A stretch of DNA of 64,000 nucleotides from assembly GCA_035703635.1 (NCBI GenBank), contig DASSXV010000069.1, positions 24,889 to 88,888 on the forward strand, written 5' to 3'. Both the position numbers and the translations under genes were made by a program. The notes beneath the pieces were generated by a model. That model worked only from the letters and a program-made list of their open reading frames with translations. It did not search any database and was not told the origin of the DNA. This DNA comes from Trueperaceae bacterium (GTDB lineage: Bacteria > Deinococcota > Deinococci > Deinococcales > Trueperaceae). Below are positions 29,161 through 38,990 of the stretch, piece after piece. Each line of letters begins with the position of its first letter. The first letter of the stretch is position 1.

Positions 29161-29904
29161 TCAACGCCGCCCTGGTGGCAGCGGCCGCGCACCCGTTCCA
29201 ACGGCCACGGCTGCGGCTACCAGCGCATCGGTCGACGAGATGAGTGGAACGCCAACTCCGGCGGCTGCTAGGTCGCTCGAGCGCAACACGAGGGGGACTT
29301 CTGTGCAGCCAGCGACGATGGCCGCCGCGCCGTCCGCCACCAGCTCTGTGGCCAACGCCAGCATCGCCGCGCGCACGTCCTCACCCACCTCGCCCCCCTT
29401 TACGCGGTAGAGGAGGTCCATGAAACGGGCCCGGCTCTCCCCGCTCGGCTCGCTTACGCTCACGCCGCGCCCTAGGAACGCCGTGGCGTAGAGGCGGGCG
29501 TCTTGCGCCCCTGCGGCCGCGAGGACGCCCACCCGCGTCGCGCCGGGCGCCGCGGCCAGGGTGGCAGCGACCGTCTCGTCGATGATGCTGACCAGCGGTG
29601 CCCGCACCGCCTCCACGATGTCGTCGGCGTAGGCGTGGGCCGTGTTGCACACCATGAACAGGACTTCGGCCCCGGCGGCCTCCAGGCGTCTCGCCATGTC
29701 GGCGAGCCGCGGCCCTGGGCTGGGGCCGACTCCCGCCACCGCCTCGTTGCGGTTGGGTACGCGCGGGTCGGAGAGCAGCACGAGGTGGAGGTGGTCGCTG
29801 TCGCCGCGGGCCGGCGTTGCCGCCACGACCTTGGCGTAGAAATCGACGCTGGCAGCCGGCCCGAGTCCGCCGATGATGCCGAGCACTGGCCGGCGCCCCT
29901 GCAT
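29161..29904 (-). CDS. Aspartate/glutamate racemase family protein (PLP-independent)
   Basis: Motifs LGIIGGLGPAAS, CNTAH and GCTEVP (two catalytic Cys). The true start MQGRR overlaps the upstream stop (TGATG). Confidence 0.88.
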   Translation of the reverse strand: MQGRRPVLGIIGGLGPAASVDFYAKVVAATPARGDSDHLHLVLLSDPRVPNRNEAVAGVGPSPGPRLADMARRLEAAGAEVLFMVCNTAHAYADDIVEAVRAPLVSIIDETVAATLAAAPGATRVGVLAAAGAQDARLYATAFLGRGVSVSEPSGESRARFMDLLYRVKGGEVGEDVRAAMLALATELVADGAAAIVAGCTEVPLVLRSSDLAAAGVGVPLISSTDALVAAAVAVGTGARPLPPGRR

Positions 29905-30902
29905 CAACCGACCAGCACGTCCTGGTAGGCGTACAGCGCCGGGCTGCCGCCCGTATGGAGGAAGACGACGTTGTCGTGCCGCTCGAACGCACCGCTGCGC
30001 ACGAGGTCGATGAGCCCAGCCGCCGCCTTGCCTGAGTAGACGGGGTCGAGGAGCACACCCTCGAAGCGCGCGAACAGCTTCACGGCCTCGACCATGCCCG
30101 GAGTAGGGATGGAGTAGCCGCCGCCGACGTAACCGTCCAGCACCTCGATGTCGGCCGCCGTCGGGAGCCGCTCGGAGCCAGCCAGTTCCGCCGTGGCGCG
30201 GGCCAGGCCGAGGATCTTCTCTTCCTGCGGCGCCTTCGGCGCACGCACGCTGATGCCAGTGACGGGTACGCCAGCGCTCGTGCCAGTCAGGCCAGCCACC
30301 ACGCCGGAGTGCGTGCCGCCGCTGCCGCTGGCCGTCACGAGGCGCGTGACGTTCAAGCCGAGGTCGAACGCCTGCTGCATCAGCTCCTGGGCGCACGCTA
30401 CGTAGCCGAGCGCGCCTAGCGGGTTGGAACCGCCGCCCGGGATGACGTACGCCTTGCGCCCGAGAGCTGCCACCTCGCCCGCCACCACCTGCATGGCCGC
30501 GTTCAGGTCGGTGCCTGCCGGCACGACCGTCACGGCCTCTACCCCCAGTAGGTTGAAGAGGAAGTTGTTGCCGCTCGCCTGCACGTCGTAGCTGTTCGGC
30601 ACGCGCTCCTCGAGCACGAGGCGGCACGAGAGCCCCTCGTGGACGGCGGCGGCGAGCGTCAAGCGGCAGTGATTCGACTGCACGGCGCCGGTCGTCACCA
30701 ACGTGTCAGCGCCCTGTTCCAAGGCGTCAGCTACCAGGAACTCGAGCTTGCGGGTCTTGTTCCCGCCAGCTGCCAGTCCAAGGAGGTCGTCGCGCTTGAG
30801 CCATAAGTTCGGGCCGCCAAGGTGCGCGCTAAGGCGCGGGAGAGGCTCGAGAGGCGTTGGGCCTTGGGTGTAGTGGCGACGGGGGAAACGAGAGAGTTGC
30901 AT
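29904..30902 (-). CDS. dcyD: D-cysteine desulfhydrase / D-cysteate sulfo-lyase family PLP enzyme
   Basis: Motifs KRDD..GGNKTRKLEF, GAVQSNHCR, SGSGGT, LDPVYSGK and FLHTGG. Confidence 0.88.
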   Translation of the reverse strand: MQLSRFPRRHYTQGPTPLEPLPRLSAHLGGPNLWLKRDDLLGLAAGGNKTRKLEFLVADALEQGADTLVTTGAVQSNHCRLTLAAAVHEGLSCRLVLEERVPNSYDVQASGNNFLFNLLGVEAVTVVPAGTDLNAAMQVVAGEVAALGRKAYVIPGGGSNPLGALGYVACAQELMQQAFDLGLNVTRLVTASGSGGTHSGVVAGLTGTSAGVPVTGISVRAPKAPQEEKILGLARATAELAGSERLPTAADIEVLDGYVGGGYSIPTPGMVEAVKLFARFEGVLLDPVYSGKAAAGLIDLVRSGAFERHDNVVFLHTGGSPALYAYQDVLVG

Positions 30903-31034
30903 GCTGCATCATAAGTGCCGAACGCGGCGCCACAGCACCCGCCAGGGTTGGAAAAACACCGCGGACTTAGGGGGTATGCTCACGCATCGCGCTTGGCACG
31001 TGCTCCCGCGTCACGCGTCTCGAGGAGAGTAGGC

Positions 31035-32048
31035 ATGACCATCTCACTGCATGAAGCCACGCTAGCAGCGGCTCAGCCAGGGGCCGGTGCCTTCGCGCCG
31101 CTGGCGCGCAACGAAGGCATGGCGCTTGAACTCGATTGGGTCGAGGGCGTGCGCGTCAACCGCAGCGCCGTCGAACGCCGCGCGGCCACGCTCACCACGC
31201 GGCGCAGCGTCAAGAAGGAGTGGCAGGCAGCTTGGCTGCTCAAGGCCATCACCCTCATCGACCTGACGACCCTGGCTGGCGACGACACCGTCGGCCGCGT
31301 TAGGCGCCTGTGCGCCAAGGCCGTCCAGCCCGTCCGCCACGACCTGCTCGAAGACCTCGGCATGAGCGCCGTGCGCATCACCACCGGCGCAGTGTGCGTT
31401 TACCACGACATGGTTCCCGCCGCGGTCGCGGCCCTGCGCGGCAGCGGCGTGCCCGTTGCCGCCGTCTCGACGGGCTTCCCCGCTGGCCTGTCGCCGCTGG
31501 ACACCCGCGTCGAAGAGATCCGCCGCTCGGTAGCTGAAGGGGCGGACGAGATCGACATCGTCATCTCCCGCCGCCTCGCGCTCGCGCACGACTGGGAGGC
31601 GCTTTACGACGAGTTGCTCCTCTTCCGCGAGGCTTGCGGGCCAGCGCACATGAAGGCCATCCTCGCGACCGGCGAGTTGGGCACGCTCCGCAACGTCTAC
31701 AGCGCAAGCCTGGTTGCCATGATGGCCGGCGCTGACTTCATCAAGACCTCGACGGGCAAGGAGACCGAGAACGCGACCCTGCCAGTCAGCCTCGTGATGA
31801 CCCGCGCCATCCGTGAGTATCACGAGCGCAGCGGCTACGCCGTCGGCTTCAAGCCGGCCGGTGGGCTGCGCACCGCCAAGGACGCCCTCAACTGGCTCGT
31901 GCTCATGAGAGAGGAGCTCGGCCGGCGCTGGCTCGAGCCTGACCTCTTTCGCATGGGCGCCAGTTCGCTCCTCGCGGACATCGAACGTCAACTCGAGCAC
32001 CACGTAACGGGCCGTTACTCCGCCACCTACCGCCACCCCCTCGGCTGA
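31035..32048 (+). CDS. deoC: Deoxyribose-phosphate aldolase (long form)
   Basis: Motifs IDLTTL, STGFPAG, GADEIDIV, DFIKTSTGK and GFKPAGG. Confidence 0.93.
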   Translation: MTISLHEATLAAAQPGAGAFAPLARNEGMALELDWVEGVRVNRSAVERRAATLTTRRSVKKEWQAAWLLKAITLIDLTTLAGDDTVGRVRRLCAKAVQPVRHDLLEDLGMSAVRITTGAVCVYHDMVPAAVAALRGSGVPVAAVSTGFPAGLSPLDTRVEEIRRSVAEGADEIDIVISRRLALAHDWEALYDELLLFREACGPAHMKAILATGELGTLRNVYSASLVAMMAGADFIKTSTGKETENATLPVSLVMTRAIREYHERSGYAVGFKPAGGLRTAKDALNWLVLMREELGRRWLEPDLFRMGASSLLADIERQLEHHVTGRYSATYRHPLG

Positions 32049-32079
32049 TGGGGTTCGCGAGCACAAGGAGCCTCCGAGC

Positions 32080-34485
32080 ATGAGCATCAAGGAGATCTTC
32101 GAGACCCTGGATTACGGTCCAGCACCTGAGGCCACCGACGTCGCGAGCGACTGGCTGGAACGCCACGGTAGACGCTTCGGGCACTTCATCGGCGGGCGCT
32201 TCGTCAAGCCTGCTGGGGGAGAGACGTTCGCCACCTACCACCCTGGCGACGCGCGCGAACTAGCACAAGTCGCGCAGGGCGACGAGCGCGACGTAGCCAA
32301 GGCAGTCAAGGCCGCCCGCGCTGCGCAGGGCGCCTGGCAGGAGCTGGGCGGCCATGAACGCGCCCGTTACCTCTACGCACTCGCGCGGCACGTGCAGAAG
32401 CACGCGCGGCTACTGGCGGTCCTCGAGGCGCTCGACAACGGCAAGCCCATTCGCGAGACGCGCGACCTGGACGTGCCGCTCGTTGCGCGCCACTTCTACC
32501 ACCACGCTGGTTGGGCGCAACTCCTGGAGAGCGAGTTCCCCGCCTACACCGCCGTTGGCGTGTGCGCGCAGATCATCCCGTGGAACTTCCCGCTACTCAT
32601 GCTCGCCTGGAAGGTAGCTCCGGCGCTTGCCGCAGGCAACACCGTGGTCCTCAAGCCGGCCGAGTTCACGCCGCTAACAGCGCTGCTCTTCGCCGAACTG
32701 GCCGCCGAGGTCGGGCTGCCAGCAGGGGTCTTCAACGTCGTGACCGGCGATGGTCGCACTGGTGCCGCCCTCGTTGACGCGGAGGGTATCGACAAGGTCG
32801 CGTTCACCGGCTCGACCGAGGTCGGGCGCAGCATCCGCAAGGCAACCGCTGGCCGCGGCTTGAAGCTCTCGCTCGAGCTGGGCGGCAAGTCGCCGTTCAT
32901 CGTGTTCGACGATGCCGACATAGACAGCGCGGTCGAGGGCGTCGTCGACGCCATCTGGTTCAACCAGGGGCAAGTCTGCTGCGCAGGCAGCAGGCTGCTC
33001 GTGCAGGAGAGCGTGGCCGCGCGGCTCGAGGCCAAGCTCATCGCGCGCATGGAGTCGCTGCGCGAGGGTCCGCCCCTCGACAAGGGCATCGACATCGGCG
33101 CCATCATCGCGCCGGTGCAGCTCTCTAAGATCGAACGCCTCGTGGCCCAGGGCCGTGAGGAGGGCGCGCGCTGCTACCAACCCAGTTGGAGCGCCCCGAA
33201 GGACGGTTGGTACTACCCCCCGACGCTCTTCACCGACGTCTCCCCAGCCGCCACCATCGCCCAGGAGGAGATCTTCGGGCCCGTGATCGTCAGCATGACG
33301 TTCCGCACGCCGGCAGAGGCCGTCGAACTGGCCAACGACACGCGCTACGGCCTTGCCGCCAGCGTGTGGACCGAGAACGTCAACCTCGCCCTCGACATCG
33401 CGCCCCGCCTGAAGGCGGGCGTGGTGTGGGTCAACTGCACGAACCAGTTCGACGCTGCCGCTGGCTTCGGTGGCTACCGCGAGAGCGGCTTCGGGCGCGA
33501 GGGCGGCCGCGAAGGCATGTTCGAGTACCTCAAGCCGCGGTACGAAGGTGGTTTGACGCGCTACGCCGCCACCGACCTGGCGGACCCCGCCGCCGCGGCG
33601 GACATCACCGCCGGCCTGGATGAGGCGACCGCGCCGCTAGGCATCGACCGCACCCCGAAGCTCTACATCGGAGGTAAGCAGAAGCGCCCAGACGGCAATT
33701 ACGCCTATCCAGTGGTCAGCGCCACGGGCGTCCGCGTCGGCGACGCGCCGCTCGGCAACCGCAAGGACGTGCGTGACGCCGTCGAGGCGGCCGTCAAGGG
33801 CACTGCCTGGACCAAGGCCACGGCCCACGGCCGCGCGCAAGTCCTCTACTACGTGGCTGAGAACCTCAGCGCGCGCGCGCCCGAGTTCGAGGCGCGCGTC
33901 CGCAGCCTGACCGGCGTCACGCGCCGCGCGGCCGCGCGCGAGGTAAGCAAGAGCGTCGAGCGCCTCTTCTCGGCCGCGGCGTACGCTGACAAGTACGACG
34001 GCAGCGTGCACCCCACGTCCATGCGCAACGTCACGCTGGCCATGAACGAGCCTTTCGACGTCCTCGCCATCGTCTGCCCTGACGAAGCGCCGCTGCTGGC
34101 TTTCGTTTCCCTGGTAGCGCCCGCGCTGGCCATGGGCAACCGCGTGGTGGCCGTGCCTAGCGCGCGCTGGCCGCTCCTCGCCACCGACCTCTACCAAGTG
34201 TTCGACACCTCAGACGTGCCTGGCGGCGCGATCAACATCGTCACCGGCGTGCGCGACGAGCTCGCGCAGGTCCTGGCGAGGCACGACGCGGTGGAGGCCA
34301 TGTGGTACCTGGGCTCCGCCGCCGGCAGCGCCATGGTCGAACGCGAGAGCGCAGGCAACCTCAAGGCCACCTGGGTGAACAGCGGCAAGCAGCGCGATTG
34401 GTACGACGACGCGCAGGCGGCGGGCCCCGAGCTCCTGCGCCGCGCGACGCGCGTGAAGAACGTCTGGGTCCCGTATGGCGAGTGA
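32080..34485 (+). CDS. Two-domain aldehyde dehydrogenase (ALDH16-like)
   Basis: Motifs [29 protein letters not shown] and EEIFGP. A second, truncated ALDH-like domain ends KNVWVPYGE. Confidence 0.9.
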   Translation: MSIKEIFETLDYGPAPEATDVASDWLERHGRRFGHFIGGRFVKPAGGETFATYHPGDARELAQVAQGDERDVAKAVKAARAAQGAWQELGGHERARYLYALARHVQKHARLLAVLEALDNGKPIRETRDLDVPLVARHFYHHAGWAQLLESEFPAYTAVGVCAQIIPWNFPLLMLAWKVAPALAAGNTVVLKPAEFTPLTALLFAELAAEVGLPAGVFNVVTGDGRTGAALVDAEGIDKVAFTGSTEVGRSIRKATAGRGLKLSLELGGKSPFIVFDDADIDSAVEGVVDAIWFNQGQVCCAGSRLLVQESVAARLEAKLIARMESLREGPPLDKGIDIGAIIAPVQLSKIERLVAQGREEGARCYQPSWSAPKDGWYYPPTLFTDVSPAATIAQEEIFGPVIVSMTFRTPAEAVELANDTRYGLAASVWTENVNLALDIAPRLKAGVVWVNCTNQFDAAAGFGGYRESGFGREGGREGMFEYLKPRYEGGLTRYAATDLADPAAAADITAGLDEATAPLGIDRTPKLYIGGKQKRPDGNYAYPVVSATGVRVGDAPLGNRKDVRDAVEAAVKGTAWTKATAHGRAQVLYYVAENLSARAPEFEARVRSLTGVTRRAAAREVSKSVERLFSAAAYADKYDGSVHPTSMRNVTLAMNEPFDVLAIVCPDEAPLLAFVSLVAPALAMGNRVVAVPSARWPLLATDLYQVFDTSDVPGGAINIVTGVRDELAQVLARHDAVEAMWYLGSAAGSAMVERESAGNLKATWVNSGKQRDWYDDAQAAGPELLRRATRVKNVWVPYGE

Positions 34486-35686
34486 TCGCGCTGCCTTCCT
34501 CGGCGGGCTTAGCGATCAACTAGCCGAGCTGCGCGCGGAAGGCCTCTACAAGGGCGAGCGCATCATCGCCTCGCAGCAGCAGGCGCTCATCGAGGTGGCG
34601 GAGGGCGGCGCCAGGCGCGAGGTTCTCAACCTGTGCGCGAACAACTACCTCGGGCTGGCGAACCACCCGGACGTCATCCGCGCCGCGCAACGCGGCCTCG
34701 ATGAACGCGGTTTCGGGGTGGCGTCCGTGCGCTTCATCTGCGGCACGCAAGACATCCACAAGGAACTCGAGGCCCGCCTCAGCGCATTCCTCGGCACGGA
34801 CGACACCATCCTCTACTCCTCGTGCTTCGACGCCAATGGCGGCCTCTTCGAGACCCTCCTCGGTGAGGGGGACGCCATCATCTCCGACTCCCTCAACCAC
34901 GCGAGCATCATCGACGGCGTGCGCCTGTCGAAGGCCGTCCGCTACCGTTACGCCAACAACGACATGGCCGACCTCGAGCGTCAACTGCAGGCCGCCGTCG
35001 CTGCGGGCGCACGCTACAAACTCATCGCCACGGACGGTGTGTTCTCGATGGACGGCATCATCGCCGACCTAGAGGCCATCTGCGACTTGGCCGATGAGTA
35101 CGACGCTCTCGTCATGGTCGACGACAGCCACGCCACCGGATTCACGGGCGAGGCGGGTCGCGGGTCTCACGAGGAGCGCGGGGTCATGGGGCGCGTCGAC
35201 ATCCTGACCGGCACCCTCGGCAAGGCCCTCGGCGGCGCTTCTGGTGGTTACACGAGCGGTCGTAAGGAGATCGTGGCGTGGCTGCGGCAGCGCAGCAGGC
35301 CTTACCTGTTCTCCAACTCGTTGGCGCCGAGCGTGGTTGCCGCTTCGTTGCAGGTCCTCAACATGCTCGAGGACGGCGCAGAGTTGCGCGAGCGGCTACG
35401 CGCCAACGCTAGCTACTTCCGTGGCGCCATGACCGCCGCTGGTTTCACGCTGGTTGGGGAGGGCCACCCGATCATACCGGTCATGCTCGGCGACGCCGCG
35501 CTGGCTGGCCGCATGGCTGAGCGCTTGCTTGACCTCGGCATCTACGTCGTGGCCTTCTCGTTCCCCGTGGTTCCGCGCGGCGCGGCGCGCATTCGTACCC
35601 AGATGTCTGCCGCCCACACGCGGGACCAACTCGAGCACGCCGTCGCTGCGTTCACGCAGGTGGGTAGGGAACTCGGCGCCATCTGA
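34475..35686 (+). CDS. kbl: Glycine C-acetyltransferase (2-amino-3-ketobutyrate CoA ligase)
   Basis: Motifs [25 protein letters not shown] and [12 protein letters not shown]. Confidence 0.96.
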   Translation: MASDRAAFLGGLSDQLAELRAEGLYKGERIIASQQQALIEVAEGGARREVLNLCANNYLGLANHPDVIRAAQRGLDERGFGVASVRFICGTQDIHKELEARLSAFLGTDDTILYSSCFDANGGLFETLLGEGDAIISDSLNHASIIDGVRLSKAVRYRYANNDMADLERQLQAAVAAGARYKLIATDGVFSMDGIIADLEAICDLADEYDALVMVDDSHATGFTGEAGRGSHEERGVMGRVDILTGTLGKALGGASGGYTSGRKEIVAWLRQRSRPYLFSNSLAPSVVAASLQVLNMLEDGAELRERLRANASYFRGAMTAAGFTLVGEGHPIIPVMLGDAALAGRMAERLLDLGIYVVAFSFPVVPRGAARIRTQMSAAHTRDQLEHAVAAFTQVGRELGAI

Positions 35687-35717
35687 GCGCGCACATGCCG
35701 GGAGGAAACCGAAAGTC

Positions 35718-36749
35718 ATGAGAGCCTTGTCAAAGCTCGAGGCGCGCGAGGGTATCTGGCGCGTGGACGCCCCTGAACCAACGCCGGGCCCCAACGACCT
35801 GCTGATCCGCATCTCAAAGACCAGCCTCTGCGGCACCGACGTGCACATCTACAACTGGGACGCCTGGTCGCAGCGCACCGTTCCGGTGCCGATGATCACC
35901 GGCCACGAGTGGGTGGGAGTGGTCGCTGGCGTTGGCTCGGAGGTGCGCGGTTTCGCCCCTGGCGACCGTGTTAGCGGTGAAGGCCACATCACTTGCGGTT
36001 ACTGCCGCAACTGCCGCGCTGGGCGCAGGCACCTGTGCCGCAACACCATCGGGCTCGGCGTGCAGCGCCAAGGCGCTTTCGCCGACTACCTAGTCCTCCC
36101 CGCGTTCAACGCCTTCAAGCTTCCGGACGCCATCGATGACGAGGTCGGCGCCATCCTCGATCCGCTCGGTAACGCCGTCCACACCGCCCTGACATACGAC
36201 CTGGTCGGCGAGGACGTGCTGATAACTGGCGCCGGGCCGATCGGCCTCATGGCCTCGGCGGTGGCGCGCTTCGTCGGGGCGCGAAACATCGTCATCACCG
36301 ACGTGAACCCCGCGCGGCTCGCCATGGCGCAGCGCATGGGCGCCACTGTCGGGGTCAACGTCGCCGACCCCGCCAGCGACCTGCATGACGTGATGGCGTC
36401 GCTAGGCATGCGCGAGGGGTTCGACGTAGCGCTCGAGATGTCGGGCGCTGCCGCGGCTTACTCGCAGATCCTCGACACCATCATCCACGGCGGCAAGGTC
36501 GCGCTGCTTGGCATTCCGTCCGTCGATATCGCCATCGATTGGAACCAAGTGATCTTCAAGGGCCTGAACCTCCACGGCATCTACGGCCGCCAGATGTTCG
36601 AGACCTGGTACAAGATGAGCAACTTGCTGCAGGCCGGACTAGACGTAACGCCCGTCATCACGCACCACTTCGCGGCCGAGGAGTTCCAGCAGGCCTTCGA
36701 CGTCATGCGCGCCGGCGCGTCTGGCAAGGTCTTGCTCGACTGGGCATGA
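35718..36749 (+). CDS. tdh: L-threonine 3-dehydrogenase
   Basis: Motifs [18 protein letters not shown] and [15 protein letters not shown] at 35718 follows GGAGG. Confidence 0.96.
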   Translation: MRALSKLEAREGIWRVDAPEPTPGPNDLLIRISKTSLCGTDVHIYNWDAWSQRTVPVPMITGHEWVGVVAGVGSEVRGFAPGDRVSGEGHITCGYCRNCRAGRRHLCRNTIGLGVQRQGAFADYLVLPAFNAFKLPDAIDDEVGAILDPLGNAVHTALTYDLVGEDVLITGAGPIGLMASAVARFVGARNIVITDVNPARLAMAQRMGATVGVNVADPASDLHDVMASLGMREGFDVALEMSGAAAAYSQILDTIIHGGKVALLGIPSVDIAIDWNQVIFKGLNLHGIYGRQMFETWYKMSNLLQAGLDVTPVITHHFAAEEFQQAFDVMRAGASGKVLLDWA

Positions 36750-36783
36750 AGCTGGCAGCTGGCCTCCGCTTCACTACTGGGGC

Positions 36784-37761
36784 GTGAGCGTGAACCCAGA
36801 AGCCGCCGCGGTGAAGGCCCTCGTTTACCTCGGCCTCATGCTGCTGGTAGGCGGCGCAGTCACCACGACGTGGCTAGCGCGGGGCAGCGTACGCGGTGGC
36901 AACAGGCGCCTCGTGACGTGGCTCGTCATCGTCGGTGCCCTCGCACTGGTCGCGGCGTCACTGTTAGAGGTAGTTGCGGTGCTGCATGACGTGCTTGGGC
37001 GTGTAGACGGGGCGCTAGTCGGAAGGTACCTCTGGTCGACGCAGCACGGGCAGGTCGTAAGGCAGCGAGCCGTGCTTGCGCCCATCGTCGCCATGGTCAC
37101 CGCCGCGTTAGCGTGGTGGCCGGCTGGCGCCTCCTCGGCCTCCTGGCTGCGCGGTCGACCAGCTGGCGTTGCCCGTCGAGTGCTTCGTCTCGTCGCCTTC
37201 GCCGCCTCGGCCTGGCTCCTCTTCGGCTTCAGCCGCGTCAGTCACGCCGCAGCCATGGGGGGCGGCCTGCCGTTAGCCGCGGACTTCTTTCACCTCCTAG
37301 CGGCCGCTCTGTGGGCGGGTCCGCTTGGCTACCTCGCGCTGCTGCGGCACGGTGAGGCTGGCCGCGGCGCCATGCTCATCGCGTTCAAGCGCCTGTCGCT
37401 CGTCGGCCTGATCGCCGTCATCGTGCTTACGGTCTCTGGCATTTACACCGCTCTGACACACTTGTCAGCGCCGGCTGCTTTCGCTCGTTCTGGTTACGGG
37501 ATCGCCCTGTGGGTGAAGCTCGGGCTCTTCGCGCTGGTGGTAGGGGCGGCGGCCGCGAACCGCTTCGCGTTCATGCCGCGCATGTTACGAGACGGCGCGG
37601 CCACGGCCCTCATGCGGTCCGTGCGCGTCGAGGCCATGCTCGTAGTGCTGATCATCCTTGCGACGGGGGCGCTCACGACGTCAGCGCTACCGCACGGCGA
37701 GGCCGCCATGCCTGGGGCGTGGGGCAACCTTTTGAACCTCATCGAGCTGCTGCGGCGCTGA
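36784..37761 (+). CDS. CopD-family copper resistance membrane protein
   Basis: Motifs SHAA, HLLAAALWAG, YGIALWVKL and NRF. Confidence 0.75.
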   Translation: MSVNPEAAAVKALVYLGLMLLVGGAVTTTWLARGSVRGGNRRLVTWLVIVGALALVAASLLEVVAVLHDVLGRVDGALVGRYLWSTQHGQVVRQRAVLAPIVAMVTAALAWWPAGASSASWLRGRPAGVARRVLRLVAFAASAWLLFGFSRVSHAAAMGGGLPLAADFFHLLAAALWAGPLGYLALLRHGEAGRGAMLIAFKRLSLVGLIAVIVLTVSGIYTALTHLSAPAAFARSGYGIALWVKLGLFALVVGAAAANRFAFMPRMLRDGAATALMRSVRVEAMLVVLIILATGALTTSALPHGEAAMPGAWGNLLNLIELLRR

Positions 37762-37934
37762 GCGCCCTGCCGCTATCTGGGAGCGCGGTGCGCACTGACC
37801 ACGGCGCGAGCGGGTTCCCAGACTACACTCCGCCTAGCGCGGCTAGCTCACTGCCACCTTCTTGACCTGGGCCCGCAAGCCGCGCTTGCCCGCCCCATGT
37901 TAGGGGCGAGCCATCGCCCCAGGGGAGGGGTCAC

Positions 37935-38990
37935 ATGTTCCGCCACCTCCTACTGCCTCTGACGGGGGGCCGATCAGACGCGATCGCCATTGGCCACGCC
38001 CGCGCCATCGCCCTGAAGTCCGAGGCCGACATCCGCATCATCCAGGTGCTAGAACTCCCTGAGCAGGGTGCCGCCGCCTACCCGGTCGACCCCGTCGAGT
38101 GGCACGCCTTGCGCCTGGAGGCAGAAGCGTACTTGGAGCGCGTCTCCCGCGAACTGAAGGACGCGGGGTTGCAAGTCGACTGCTCCGTCTTGGAGGGCCA
38201 GTCCTCGGAGCACATCATCCACCACGCCCACCAGGGCGCCGACCTCATGGTGTTGCCAGCTAGCGTCTTCGGCCGCTCGCAAATCGGCGCCCTCGGCGGC
38301 CAGGCCTTGTGGCGCTCGTACATCTCGACGCTGCTCGTCAGGGGCGAGGCTGCGCCTAAGGAGACGGAGCTTGGGGCAGCCAACCCGTCGACGAGGCCAG
38401 CTGATCGCGTGGTGCCAGAAGCGGACGCGTGGGATGCGGATGACGCGGAGGAGCCGGCGGCAGCGCTACCCGCCGTCCTCGACCCCAATGGGCTATATGC
38501 CATGGTGCTCGTGCCGCTCGACGGCTCGAAGCGCGCCGAGTGCGTGCTGCCTGCCGTGCGCTTTCTAACCGAGAAGTTCGGCTCGCGCATAGTCCTCGCC
38601 CATGTCGTCGAGGAGCCGGCCCTACCGCGCTCCCTGCCGCCGACCGCGGAGGAGCTCGAGCTGGTGCAGCGCTTGGTGGCCGTCAACCTGGCCGCCGCGA
38701 CGACGTACCTAGACGACGTCAAGAGCAGGGTGGGGGAGGCGGCCGAGGTGAGGCTAGTCACTGGCCGCGGCACGGCGTCCGCCCTGCACGCCCTCGTCGA
38801 GGAGTACGCCCCGGACCTCTTGATCATGAGCGCCCACGGCTACGGTGGCGACCAGACGTGGCCGTTCGGGGAGGTGACGACCAACCTCATCGGGTACAGC
38901 CGCACCCCACTGCTCTTGATCCACGACCGCCCGTGGAACGAACGCACCGCGGCCCCCAGTGACGTAACTGACGAGGCGTGGGGCAGGTGA
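37935..38990 (+). CDS. Tandem-domain universal stress protein
   Basis: MFRHLLLPLTG and VLVPLDGSKRAE domains, plus LLIMSAHGYGG. Confidence 0.88.
   Translation: MFRHLLLPLTGGRSDAIAIGHARAIALKSEADIRIIQVLELPEQGAAAYPVDPVEWHALRLEAEAYLERVSRELKDAGLQVDCSVLEGQSSEHIIHHAHQGADLMVLPASVFGRSQIGALGGQALWRSYISTLLVRGEAAPKETELGAANPSTRPADRVVPEADAWDADDAEEPAAALPAVLDPNGLYAMVLVPLDGSKRAECVLPAVRFLTEKFGSRIVLAHVVEEPALPRSLPPTAEELELVQRLVAVNLAAATTYLDDVKSRVGEAAEVRLVTGRGTASALHALVEEYAPDLLIMSAHGYGGDQTWPFGEVTTNLIGYSRTPLLLIHDRPWNERTAAPSDVTDEAWGR

Noticed and set aside
29161-30627. 488-aa ORF suggesting a long racemase fusion
   Set aside because: The N-terminal half is an off-frame shadow of the desulfhydrase gene. The real start is the ATG at 29904.
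35454-35717. N-terminal extensions on tdh (and likewise hppA, pgm, deoC and the NarL regulator) in the ORF track
   Set aside because: Downstream starts with SD sequences or family-typical N-termini fit better.
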